Positions 24,256-37,139 of a stretch of DNA of 64,000 bases are shown here, in pieces; positions within the stretch are counted from its first letter, which is position 1; each line of letters opens with the position of its first letter. Position numbers and translations under genes: made by a program. The notes below the pieces were generated by a model. That model was not told the DNA's origin and made no database searches. It worked only from the letters and a program-made list of their open reading frames with translations. Origin of the DNA: Lama guanicoe (taxonomy: Eukaryota); assembly GCA_013239625.1 (NCBI GenBank), contig MU054001.1, forward strand, positions 6,311,078 through 6,375,077, written 5' to 3'.

Positions 24256-26519
24256 AAAAAGCCATGGCTAATGTCATACTCAGTGGTGAAACATGGAATG
24301 CTCTGCCCCAAAGATCAGGAACCAAGACAAAGATGTCCACTCTCGCCACTTCTATTCAACATCGTACTAGAGGTCCCAGTAAGAAAAATTTGGCAAGAAA
24401 AATTAATAAAGAGCATCCAGATTGACAGGAAGAAACTACAGTAATTAAGACAACATGGTACTGGCATAAAGATAGAGATCAATGGAACAGAACTGAGAGT
24501 CCAGAAATAAACCCTTACATTATGGTCAACTGATTTTTGGCAAGGGTGCCAAAACAATTCAATAGGGAAAAGAATGGTTTTCTTCCCCCACAAATAGTGA
24601 ATATCCAAATGCAGAAAAAAAAATGAAGTTGAACCTCTTCCTTATGCCATCAATAAAAATTAACTCAAAATGGATCAATGGATTAAATGTTAAGAGCTAC
24701 AAATATAAATCTGTTTCAAGAAAATATGAGTAAATCTTTGTGACTTTGAATTATGACATCAAATCGTAAGTAACAAAAGAAAAAATGAGATAAAGGGGAC
24801 TTTACCAAATTACAACCTTTTATGTCTCAAAGGACACAATCAAGAAAGCAAAAAGCCCACAGAATGGGAGAAAATATTTGCAAATCATGTATCTTGTAAG
24901 GGACTTGTATCTTGAATACATAAAGAACTCTTACAACTCCATAATAAAAAGACAAACAACCCAATTTAAAAATGGCTACAGAGCTAATAGACATTTCTCC
25001 AAAAAGATACACTGATAACCAATAAGCACATGGAAAAATGCTCAACAACACTAGGCATTTGGGAAGTGCTTATTAAAACCACAATGAGAGAACCTCATAC
25101 CCATTAGGATGGCTTTAATCAAAAAACAGACAAGAATAAGGGTTGGAGAGATGTAGAGAAATTAGAACCCTTATACATTGCTGGTTGGAAGGCAGAATGA
25201 TACAGCTCCTTTGGAAAACAGTCTGGAATTATCTCAGATGTTAAACACAGAGTTACCATATTAACTCAGCAGTTCCACCCCTAGGTATATACCTAAGGGA
25301 AGTAAAAATACATGCCAAACAATAATAACTTATACATGAAAAGTTATAGCAGCATTATTCAGCCAAAAAGAGGAAACAACGTAAATGTCCATTACCTGAT
25401 GAACAGATAATCAAAAGGTGACATATCCATACAATGGAATGCTATTTTGCCATTAAAAAAGAACAAAGTGCTAATACATGGATGAACCTTGAAGGCAGGC
25501 TAAGCGAAGAGTCAGTCATAAAGGCAATACATTATATGATCTGAGGTATATGAAATGTCCAGAATAGGCAAATCTATAGAAATAGAAAGTAGATTAATGA
25601 TTGTCTCGTGCCGGGGGAAAGGGGAAGTGATTAAGAGGTAAGCAGGCAGTGACTGCTAAAGGGTATAGATTTCTTGTGGGGTTTATGAAAATATTCTAAA
25701 TTTGATGTGGTTATGGTTGCACAACTCTTTGTGAATAGGCTAAAAACCATCAAATTGCAAACTTTAAATAGGTGAGATATGTATAAATTATACCTCAGTA
25801 AAGCTGCTCTAAAAATAATGTGTTTGAATCCTCAAGGAAGGAAATCAGTTCACTGAGGGAAGACAAAGTATTTCCTAAAACTAAAGAGATGTCTGATAAC
25901 GGAGTGTTTTCTATGGGGCACTGACTTCAACTGCTGCTGTGCTATACACACGGAAGCCCTTTCCACGTGGTAGTTCCTTGTGGTCACTTTTGATAAAATC
26001 CGAGGATATAACAAGGAAGGCAATTTACAGTGTTTGGAAGGGGAGGGTGAGAAGAAGGTACTAAGTCTGGTTCTCTGCTGTTTTTGCTCTAACATACCTC
26101 AGAGAGACCCACTGACACCTGAGGCTCACTGTAGCAGGGATTCTCCATGCGCCTGGAGGTGGCTATGCTGGGAAGGGATGGTGGTGGGGGAAAACCCTGA
26201 AATGTAATTCTGTGTAACCTCTTTAGAGCGCAAGTTGGCAGTATCTATGCAAATTTAAGGCAAGCACAATCTGACCCAGCATTTGCAAATTCTTTGCAGC
26301 TTCTGGAATGTTTCTTACTGTATTTCTATGCTGGGGTAACTTCAGGGCACATGTGCAATGTTATCCAATAGACAGAATCACCAAAGGTGGTTTCAGTAAC
26401 TCTTGGAAGATGTTTTCTATAATAATAAAAAGTGGATAATAATAGAATAACGAGGAAAAAAAGTAGCACAGCCACACTGCTGCCTCTGCAACAGTGGCTG
26501 TGGCAGCACTCCTATATTC

Positions 26520-26700
26520 ACTGCCCATGTTCCCGGCATTGAGCACTTCACATACATTAATCCTCACAACGCCCTTATCATTTTACAGATGATGAAATGA
26601 AGACACTGAGTGGTTAAGCAATTTGCACATGGCTAGAAAAGGACTTTGCTTAGATTCTTAGTAGTCTCTCTCTGGAGCCTGGGCTCTTAACCACATACTA
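26520..26700. mobile_element. MIR SINE
   Basis: attaatcctcacaac...cattttacagatgatgaaatgaagacactgagtggttaagcaatttgc...gctcttaaccac. Confidence 0.7.
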
Positions 26701-29700
26701 ATCTTGCCCTTTAAGAACACTGACATTCTATACAACAGACGGAAAAGATAATCAGGAGGAGGAAATGATAAAACAATTTAGACCTTGATATGTTATCTTT
26801 TTCCTACCCAAATCAGGGAGGCACATTATAGAACATTCTTCTCTCTCTCTGGAAAAAAAAAAATACTTTTGCAAAATTTAAACCAAACCAACAAAGGCTT
26901 GATTATGGCAAATATCGACATATAATTTCAATTCAGTTTATCTTATGATGCAGGGTTATTAGTACAGTGATATTATAAATAGCAGCAAATTATTTCCCTA
27001 TCTCAATTGTCTGATCATTGAGATGTGAAAAAATTTTCACTACCAGCAAGTGTTGTACATAACTAATGTTTCACTGTTATTCTATAGAAATAAAATTGTA
27101 TCTTTATTATTTTGTTATTTATAAATAATGACAGATAAATTAAGAAACCTTATATTCTTGGAAAGCATAAAGGCCAAACTATTAACATTGATATGAATCA
27201 AACAGTTAACCGAATCTTTTGAAAAAGCTTATTTCTTTGCACTTTCTTATTTCCCTCTTTGCACTACACCTGTATATCTAGCTTGAGTATCAACTTACAC
27301 CACGCGCTCATCTGTAACCACAGGCTGTATGCCTCTTATTCTTGGCTATACCCCACCACCTAGCACAGCACCGGGCATATAGTAGGCATTCAAGAGACTC
27401 AGTAAATAAAATAATAAATTGGTGGGTTAACAAATTTGGATGTATTATTGGCCATAATCATTACTTTAATTTCCACAATGGTAAAAGTGACAAATACTTT
27501 AAAAGGTCAAGTTAATAGACATTTTCTTCCCCCACTGCACTGATTTTTATCATTCAGGAGGCAAAAACAGAGCTCTTCACTGTGCCAATTCCAAGGCACT
27601 TGGTTTCTGGTGAAGACTGACAGACCTGAAAGAACTCACAGCTGACCAACCACAGAATATTTAAAACAAAAATAAAGAAACAAGGATAAAAAAGCAATGG
27701 CTTTCCACATTTCACAATACAGTACCAAACTTCACAGATAATCAAGCATCCTATAAATAGGGACAGCTGTCTTAAAACCCTCAGAAGACAGATTAGGTTC
27801 ATTAGTATTTGCATTTTTATGTACAGAAAGGTTTATTAAACATAACCTGGGTTTACCTCAAATAATTAATTGTTGAGGATAAAAAGAAAATATTAAAAAT
27901 AATTTTTGGTTCTTTAATGAAATGACCATTTAAAGGAAATCTAACAGAGAAAGTAATTTTTTTTTTATCATGACACCAAAATTACACAGGACACACTAAA
28001 ATGGGCTCAGCAGATAATTTATGGGGTAAAATTATGTGCTTCAAAGCCTAACTGATTCTTAGCTGCAGTGACACACATTAGTAAAACATGTATTAAGAAA
28101 TGAGCTATGGAATAAAAGAAAATGTAGATCCTCACCCCCATATATTTTACCAAAAAATTCCAAATTTATATGTTTTTAACTCAACTGATTAACAGGGATG
28201 ACATTAAATATATAAAGATTTTAAATTTCCTTCATCAAAAAACAGCACAAGCAAAGTTTAGGGGTAAAACAAAATAGGAAAATATAGAGAGGTTAAGTAC
28301 ACCTAAGGTATAAAACATTCATGCAGACTGATAAGAAAAACCAAGGTTAAATGGGCAAATAACTAGACAACTCATAGAGGACACAGAAATGACTAAGAAA
28401 TATATTTTTGACAATCAGTATGCAAATAAAAATAGGACACAAAATAGTATCTTATTAGGTTAGCAAAATTTCTACTTTTAATGAGCATATTTAATGCCAC
28501 AAAGACTATGGTTAACACAGTCACCCTGGAGACTTCTGAATAAATCAATAAAATCTCTTTGAGCCACAGGCTGTGTGACCTTGGGTGAGTTGCTAAACTC
28601 TTCTGAGCCTCAGTTACAACATGTAATACACATCTCACAGAGCAGCTAGGAGGATCACTTAGGATGATATCTGTAAAGGATAATGCACAGACTATGACAC
28701 GTTTTCAGGTAGGTTTTAGTTCTGGGAAAAAGTCTAACAATATGTATATAGAGTCTTCTCAGACTTGAGGCATCACTGCTTTCATACCCAATTTTACTAA
28801 TATATTTGAGGGTAGGATCTTAAATTCTTTTATGCAAGTTTTCTAGCCCTAGAAGCAATTCAACTAAAATTTTTAGTTTTAAGAAAGCCAGTCATTTGTT
28901 CAATAAGGAAGAAAAATCTTCCTAGGTGAAGCTTTTAAAGTAATACTGGACACATGTGCTCTCAAGATATTTATAATGCCCGCTGCACAGAAATCCTACT
29001 TCAGGTCACTAGCAATCACATGGATACCACAAAAAAGATAACAGAAGTGTTCAGAAGTTGATGTATTTCTGCTTGAAGTTTCTTGAAGTGTGACAGCTGG
29101 CAAATCTCTTAGCAACCACCATGTAGAAATATACCTGTATGCTCTTATCTATATAGTTTACCTTTAACTGATCAGTAAGAAAACCGTGTGCCATACTGAG
29201 AAAGGTAACTGCATCTGAAATCAACAAACCAATGAAAATCAATACCTCAGTTTCTTATGTTCTCATACACACTAGGGGGCACTTGACCATTGACTGTAAC
29301 TTTAAAATACATTAGATTTCCAGGCTTAATCAGGGGCTTTTATATTTGAGGTCAATTAGACAAGAAATATCATGAACAAAATCAAATGCAATTGGACTTA
29401 TCTTAGTTACAGACATTGGAGTGAAGAAGCAGTGTATCAGAATAACTAAGCTGCCCTCAGAGAGGCAGAAATATTTCCTAGGTTGTCATATTCAATTCTT
29501 GCTGTAAAGCTACTGGATATCAGCCACAGTGACTAGCACAGAGCAGAACTCTACAGATACCAGCTGGACCACTGAGTAGATAAATAGTTAAGGAGAAACT
29601 TGAGAAGCATTTTCTTCTTGTGATATTTTGTGGCTATGGGGCTACCTGCAAGGAGAGCCCATAAGCATCCTGAGTTACCTTGTTATCAAGAACTATGAAA

Positions 29701-30616
29701 CGCACTGTCATAAATATTATCCCCTAGATAGTGGCTGGCAGGAGGAGGGAGGGTAGAAGGAAGGGCACGAAGTAGAAGAACCAGTGATGTATGTATCTGT
29801 CCCCCAGTAAATGCTTTAATGTATTTTCTCATCAGTTAGTCCTTATAACATAAAAATAAAGAAACTGATCATCATGGAAGTTAAGAAGATTCAAGTCATG
29901 TAAGTAGAAAGTGGTAGGACTTATTGTCAAACCATGAATTCCTAAGTTCATAGCCCCCAAACTCTTGATCTTTCCACTGCAGTCAAAGAAAAACATAAAA
30001 AAAAAAAAAAAGGAAGAGGAACTAGTGGAGGAAGCAGCAGAGGAAAAAGATGATAATGCCAGAGAAATAATCTATATCACATGGTTACAAGTTTGCTAGC
30101 TGTTAATAATCATTAAAAATATAGTTTCTACTGGAAAACAAACTGAGTTCCAAATAATGACTTACTGAGGAACTCTGGGAACCCAAGAAATGAAGTTGGG
30201 AAATTCATATTAACTACTTTAAAGTACTTCAATATTTATAAAAGTCTCCTATTAACATTCCTAGGAAATTAAAAAACACTCATCCTCAAAAGAAAAGAAT
30301 CCTTCATGAAATTCAAGAAAATTTTCATTCACCTGAACATCTGGGGAGTTTATGTACATGGGAGAGAAAGCTATAGTTAATTAAAACTGCTCAGTAGTTC
30401 AAGCTTAATCAAATATTCCTTGTTTTAACTCTTGACATTTACTAATAATGCTTTCAAAGCATCCATCCTAAAAAAATTCTTCTATTTACCTACCTTAAGT
30501 TTTACACTATACAAAAGTTCTAATTTTTAATGATCTGGGATCTTACAGTAGTACCTAAATGAAGATCAGCACTGTGAATGTCTGATGAAAAGGGTAAGGA
30601 AAATTAGTTACATATA

Positions 30617-31282
30617 CAGTCGTCCCCCGCCACCATCCACAGTTTCATTTTCTGCAAATTCAGTTACCTACAATCACAGTCCAAAAATATTAAATGGAAA
30701 ATTCCACAAATAAACAATTCATAAGGTTTAAATTGTGTGCCGTTCTGAGTAACATGATAAAATCTCACAGCCTCTGGCTCTGTCCCACTCGGTATCCCCA
30801 ACCATCCTGGGATCTCTAATCACAGACATGGTCTGCTCCTGACATCCGACCATCGATACTGTCAGGACTCCATGATTCAGGATCACCAGAAGCAGATGAT
30901 CCTCCTTCTGATATTTTCCCAGAAGGTCAAGAGTAGCTTAATGCTACGTCACTATGCCTGCGTCATGCACATACTTCGTCTCATTGTGTAGGCATTTTAT
31001 TATCTCACATCATCGCAAGAAGAGGGGTGAGCACAGTGCGAGATTTCTTCTTTTGGAGAGAGAGAGACCACAGTCACATAATTTTTATTACAGTATATTG
31101 TTAAACTATTCTATCATTAATTGTTAATCTCTTACTATGTCTGATTTATAAATTAGAGCTTATCACAGATATGTATGTATAGGAAAATATATAGTATATA
31201 TATAGGGTTTGGTACTATCTGTGGTTTCAGGCATCCACTGGGGTGTCTTGGAATGTATCCCCATGGATAAGGGGGAGCTATA
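30617..31282 (+). mobile_element. MER44-type TcMar-Tigger DNA transposon (non-autonomous)
   Basis: Degenerate terminal inverted repeats cagtcgtccccc...atccacag / ccatggataagggggagcta, flanked by TA. Internal aaaatattaaatggaaaattcc...aaacaattcataag is typical of MER44. Confidence 0.85.
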
Positions 31283-34153
31283 TATATTAAAAAGACAAGC
31301 TAACTTTTGGAAGTTAGATTTTTTTTTAAGGTAAACAACTGATATACTAGCTTCTCTTTTTAAAAAAACAATGAACAAGGAAATACATTAAAGTTAAGTA
31401 TTGGCTTTGGAGAGGTTTTATTAAAGTTATCATTAACCTTATGTTATACTCTCTAATTCAACCTCAAAAAAATTCAATCCAAAGATCATGATTTTCAAGT
31501 GACTTTTATGTGATAAATACTTTTAACATGATTTTCCAGAGAACTCAAAAGGTACACTGCTTTCTGCAGACTGATCATCTCTTACATGGTTAGTTTCTAA
31601 ACTTCCAAATTAAAATAACAATTAAAAGTATAACTAATGGTTGTTCTATTCTAAGACAGGTCCAATGTTGTATCTTAAAATATATCTTATCTAATTTAAA
31701 ATAAACATGTTTATAACTTATTTACATATTTTATAGCCAACACTGATTTTCTAAAAGTCTAAATTTTCTAAAGAAAAAAAAATACTGTAGTAATTAACTA
31801 TTTTCTAAGGACACAGTGGGTAGTTCAGGCCTTGGGCCAGGAAATAGCATGTTGAGTCTTTCAGCTCTAACAATGCAATAAAATTCCCATAGCTTTGTTG
31901 TATAATTACTCACTAAGGCATACATAGAGCAAAATATTCCTATTAAATTTTACTGGATAGAAACTAGACTAAATTAGTGAAAGCCATATATTACAGAATA
32001 TTATTAGAGATTTACTGTTCTATTATTTTCTTGTAACTCCAATTAATTGTCCATAAAATGCTGTTAAGCGGATACCCAACTGAGGCTCTTTTAATGAACA
32101 AATAATACTTTGTTAGTAAACATGGTATGTGGAATCTTCAGAACATCCATAGACATTTAATGGTCCTTGCGGGACAAGTATGCAATAGTCAAGAGCAACT
32201 AAAATGATTCAGTCTTCTGAGATCTTATTCATTTTAACCAGTGAGCTGTTAACCAGATGACACTCAGTTAGGTCAGAGTGCTAATTAATAGGCAGCATCT
32301 CCTTTTTCAGTAGGAGATAAGTACATGGTTTCAGTTTGCACACACCTTCTGCATGTTCTCCAATGCCTTTTCAGAAGCACAGCAGGCAAAAGAGAAATTG
32401 ACTCTTTCTTGAAGAGAATTGAAGGCTCTTTCTTATTCTTTTTGGTCATGAAACAGGGGTGAAGGCATGACCTGGACTATTTCTGTTCATTCTGGTCATA
32501 ATATAAGAAAATGCTATCTACACTCAAAATCTATCTACATTCAATACATTTATTTTGGAATCAGGGAGGTCCAATGTTTTTTTACTAACTGATTCTGTTT
32601 TCAGTCTTTTTCTTTGTTTAAAAAAAAAAAAGCTCAGTCTGCTTATGTAGAATAGCTAATTCTGCATTCCCAATTCATTAGCCTTCTAAATTTTATCCAG
32701 AGGCTTAGCTCAAATAGCAATCTTTCCAGCTGTTATCAACCCCAGGCTGGATATATAGCAAAAAACAGGATGAGGAAGGCTTAGATCTCAAATCCCATAT
32801 CCCAGGTACCAGTTTTCAGTCTCAGAACCACTGAAAAATTTCATCATGCTCATTTGTAATTTCCAAGTGTAGTTTACAGAAATTTACGATTCTGATGTTA
32901 AAATTCTTGTCTGTAGATAGGTTAACTACTCCTCTACGAAAATATGTTTTATTGAACTGAGTATCAACAAGGGTTCTCTGTATTCATGCTAATGAGATGG
33001 AAATAAAATTCTAACCAGAGATAAGCTTACTGCTTGATTCTAAGAAACGTACTTTGTGTATATATATTTATTCTTTTGGAAAATCTTAAAGCAAAACCTG
33101 TATAAATAGTATCAACTCCTTATCAAAGAGCTGTTCCTTTGAAGGAGAAAATTTTTCTACAGGCTTGTTCAATTGGCATTAAGTGTATATGGAGACCCAG
33201 AAAACACAGAAAGTAAAGGAGCAAACTGAAAACAACATTAGCTTAATTTTCTTTTTTGGTTAGCTTCTGTCTGCTTTTTTACATCATTTGTGTAAAGCTT
33301 AAACTGGATATCTAGACTTTGAAATATTCTTCTTTAGTGGAATATAAAAAAAAAAAGGAACCAAAGATGATTACTCTAACAACACCAACAAATTTAGCAT
33401 TTATGCAGTAATAGTAAGAACAACAAAGACAGTAACAGTATTTCACACAGCTTTTAGTGAAGGTAGTTTTTACAATCAGCCTGTTTCATAATCTGTTTGC
33501 CATAAAAGAATTCTGACTAATATGATAGCCTCTCTGATGGAAATGCTAATAGCATTTAAAATTTTAGCAAGGAATGGTGCAGAAAGAGGTACAATGCTTT
33601 TTTTGTGTTCATTAAATTAGCCTTCATTTCAGTGTGTTCGTAAACACTTCAGCTGAAGTTTTAGGAGAAGCTGAAAAATAATTCTTCAAAGCATTATGAA
33701 TAATGGTCCCAGTAAGCTTCCACCTAACTGAGTAAAATGCCAACGTGTATTTAACAGAAAGAGAACTCTGACATAACCTATTCTTTTTGTCAACTGGTTT
33801 ACTAAAGCTATGCATAAGCATGATTGTTACATTAAATCAGAATTTTATTACATTAATAAAAGAGACTCAAAGTTCCCATGGCCTTCTGCTAGAAACCTAT
33901 CCACGAAGCTGAATGCAGCCTCCAAATGATCATAATGGTACCCACACCTATTGGACTTTCACCCCAAAACTTGCCATCATCATTCAGTGAAACAGACTTA
34001 TTAATATACTTTTACCTGCTAAGAAACTCCCCCAAGACCTCTTAACAGCATGAAACAACACCCAAATTTAAGAAGAACGACACCAAAAACATACTTATTT
34101 CTAAAGACTTGATGACAAGGGGGAAAAAAAAGTTTACAATCTTCTTCACTTAC

Positions 34154-34312
34154 CCAGGAGTTTTGCAATGACATAAAGGGCTTGTCCCCAAAGAAACAGT
34201 TTTCCATCACGGCCACAGTTGCTAGGGAATCGTTTCTGACTACCAGGCTTTTTTTTCTCATTTTCTACAAAGTCAGCTGGCACATAATAGTACTTTGGTA
34301 TGACCGGATAAC
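34154..34312 (-). CDS. PHKB: PHKB coding exon (exon 13 equivalent, 159 nt)
   Basis: ctccatag|GT TAT CCG GTC...CTC CTG G|gtaagt. Encodes (G)[52 protein letters not shown](A), inside ORF 34146..34424. Phase 1-1. Confidence 0.97.
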
Positions 34313-36268
34313 CTATGGAGTTTAAAAACAAACATTTAAAATACAACAAATCAGTGTCCTCCCCAAATCTTCCCTTCAAGAAACTGCAATGGTTAGAAAG
34401 AACACATAGAGAAAGGTTGTACAATAGAAAACTGGATATTCTGGCTCTTTTCAGAAATTCCCAGTGAAAAATGTGGAAAAAGCTTCTTGCCTTTAAAACA
34501 CAAATTCACATGAGAAGTTATATGTTAGCCAACAATGTGTACATAATCTTCTCTAACGACATTTAATTTTAACACCTTTAAATGAATCGATAAATACACA
34601 GCATGTAAATATTTAGGGCCATGAAAGAAGCTATTTTTAATAGGATTAGTCTGTGCAAGCTTTACAAATGAGACACTATGTAATCTTAAATGAAGAATTA
34701 TAACCCTGAGCCATTGCTTAGAGCAAAGAAATCCCCATTTTAAACACTAGGTCCATTAATCTACCATTCAATATCACTACAGAGAAAAAAAATCCATCTT
34801 CCCCTGTGACCAACCCATTTAAAAATATTTCCTGGTAGAAATGAAAAATTACGTAAAGACTAGAATCTGTGGATGAAGGGGGAAAAAACATTCTAACAGA
34901 GTGCTACAGAAGACTTTTTGTAGTATCAGCCCATATAGGAAACTTAATTTTTCTAATAAAATTGTACAGATTTCCCTAAAATGGGCTTCTTTCTTCATGT
35001 ATCAATCAATAATGATATTTGTACCTAAAACCAGTAAAAAGGTTTATGATACACAGAGAATAGTTTGAACATCCTTCTCTAAACATGATGAAGCCTGACG
35101 TGTGGTACATGGACTACCACCTCAACGCATCAGTGATCTACCGCTGAATATTAAACGGTCTCAGTCAAGGGATTTTAAATATATTCACTACACCATTCTT
35201 TACATTATTTCTCACATTGGCCAAAGGTTATCTGGAGCACAAAGACAAAAATAACAGGTTTAGACATTAATATTTATTTGGAATTCATCTTTATCTATGA
35301 ACACTTTGCTGCTTTAACATTACATGTATTTTAAAGAGCAAGCACACAGTATATTTACTCTAAGATACTTGTGGAAAACCCTAAAGAATATCACAAACGT
35401 CACGTGAGATAGGAATGGGGCCTGGTGCTATGACTGCCAGGCTATGCACTGCATCCTAAGACCACTTCTTTTTTTTTTTTAATCAACACACCATAGTTTT
35501 AACTTTCAGATAAATGTGCCTTCAAAACTACTCACTCATAAGAATATATTATTATTTTATTAATACCTCCAAACCCCAAAGATACCTGGAACTTCTTTGG
35601 AATTCCTTTGAGAATTAGTTTTCTAGTCATACAGAAAAATTAGTTATATTCTTTTATGGACTCTGCTGGTGTTTAACTGAAACCAATATACTCTAGGCCT
35701 TTTGACCATTTCTGAAATATTAAATCCATTCTCAAAGGATGGCATTTTAGAACCACAGCAAACACTCAAAATAATGTGCAACATGCAGAAAGTCCTCGAA
35801 ACATCTCCAAAGAGGAGGCTAGAATGTCCTTGGCAACAGTAGTGCTTTTAGGCTAGGGCAGAGCATCCCTCAGTGGCCCTCTGGAGGGGTCAGCACTCAC
35901 CTCCACAGCCATTTCTGGTGACCTGCATAAAAACCAGTCACTTTGTATTACTGTCACCGGACATACAGTGAAGGAGTTTCACAGTAGGTAACAAATGAGG
36001 ACGCTCTGCCCATCTGGCAAACTATCTCGTAGTTACTATGGTTGTGACCACTTTAATTATCTCCATCATCTTACCTGATGAACTCCTTTCATGAAAACAA
36101 CTTTATTATAACAAACTAATACATGATTCTCTCTAATTCATTTGAGGGCCTTTTTTCATTTTAATATAAATTGTTCTGTTCAAAAAGAAATCATTCATAC
36201 GTTTCAAACGAACATTAAAGGAATATTGGTAGAAAGAATTTCTTGAAAAAAGCATTCCAACTATATAC

Positions 36269-36346
36269 CTTCTGTGGTGTGATGAAGTACTGGAGTCAAA
36301 AGATCCTGATATTCTTTTACTTGTTTGGGATTGCCTCTGAAAACAC
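36269..36346 (-). CDS. PHKB: PHKB coding exon (exon 12 equivalent, 78 nt)
   Basis: acattttag|GT GTT TTC AGA GGC...ACA GAA G|gtatat. Encodes (G)[25 protein letters not shown](G). Phase 1-1. Confidence 0.96.
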
Positions 36347-36880
36347 CTAAAATGTAAAATATAACATCCAATAGCACCTGAGTTCAATAAGCACCTCAGA
36401 AAAAAATATTAGCCCAATTGTAATCATTCTGGTAATTTTGTATGTAAATGATAAAAACAACATTGAAAAAAGGTAATGCAAATGTTTATGCTATTTTTCC
36501 AGGAAATCGATTTTAGAAGGTCATATAAGCATTTAGAATTAAAAACTGAATTTTAATTGAAATTTCTCTATTCTTAAGTGTAAATGTTATAGACATTCAC
36601 AATGTCATGGATTACAGTACTCATGATTTCTATTCATAAAAAATTCTCCTTTGTAAATACAAAAATATATTTGTATCATTTTTAAATAGTTCAATGTATT
36701 TCATTTTTAAATGACTTTACATTAACTCAGAAAGCAGATGAGCAGCACATAAAAATGCAGAGTGTTAACATCACTAAGTGCAGTCTATTTTGCTAGATGA
36801 AAGGAGTCATATTTTATCTCTGCTCTTCTTTAAACCATTTATAATCTACAGCTTAAATTTCAGGAGAAAAGCTCACTTAC

Positions 36881-36938
36881 CATCAATTATCATGTAAAGG
36901 AAAAATATGGGAAATTCACATTCAATGCCATCAAATAG
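36881..36938 (-). CDS. PHKB: PHKB coding exon (exon 11 equivalent, 58 nt)
   Basis: tctgttttag|CTA TTT GAT GGC...ATT GAT G|gtaagt. Encodes LFDGIECEFPIFFLYMIID(G). Phase 0-1. Confidence 0.96.
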
Positions 36939-37139
36939 CTAAAACAGAAAATGTTAAAGATTTCAACAATTATTTAGAACAATTATATTCAAACACTTCT
37001 ATTGTTAGAATATACACATAAAAATTTATTTACTGTAATAACAAAATTGGACTGATTTTATAAGTAGTTTCACTGTTTTTTCAAAATTTTTTTTCAGAAT
37101 TCTTATTATTCAAAAATTCATTCATTTAATCCATCACAC

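Larger units (their letters stand above)
21950..25815 (+). mobile_element. Old, internally deleted L1 (ORF2 remnants plus 3' UTR), interrupted by a young L1
   Basis: L1 ORF2-like sequence throughout (atgttctctgaccacaac; ccatgaccaagttggatttattcca; [17 protein letters not shown] in ORF 24244..24444) with many stops. The 3' end reads tatacctcagtaaagctg. Confidence 0.9.

Noticed and set aside
35085..35147. ATGATGA...CTGA segment resembling a C/D-box snoRNA, also a 20-codon ORF (MMKPDVWYMDYHLNASVIYR)
   Set aside because: It is antisense to the host transcript, has no convincing terminal stem, and the internal box spacing leaves almost no guide. An Rfam/snoscan hit would be needed to revive it.
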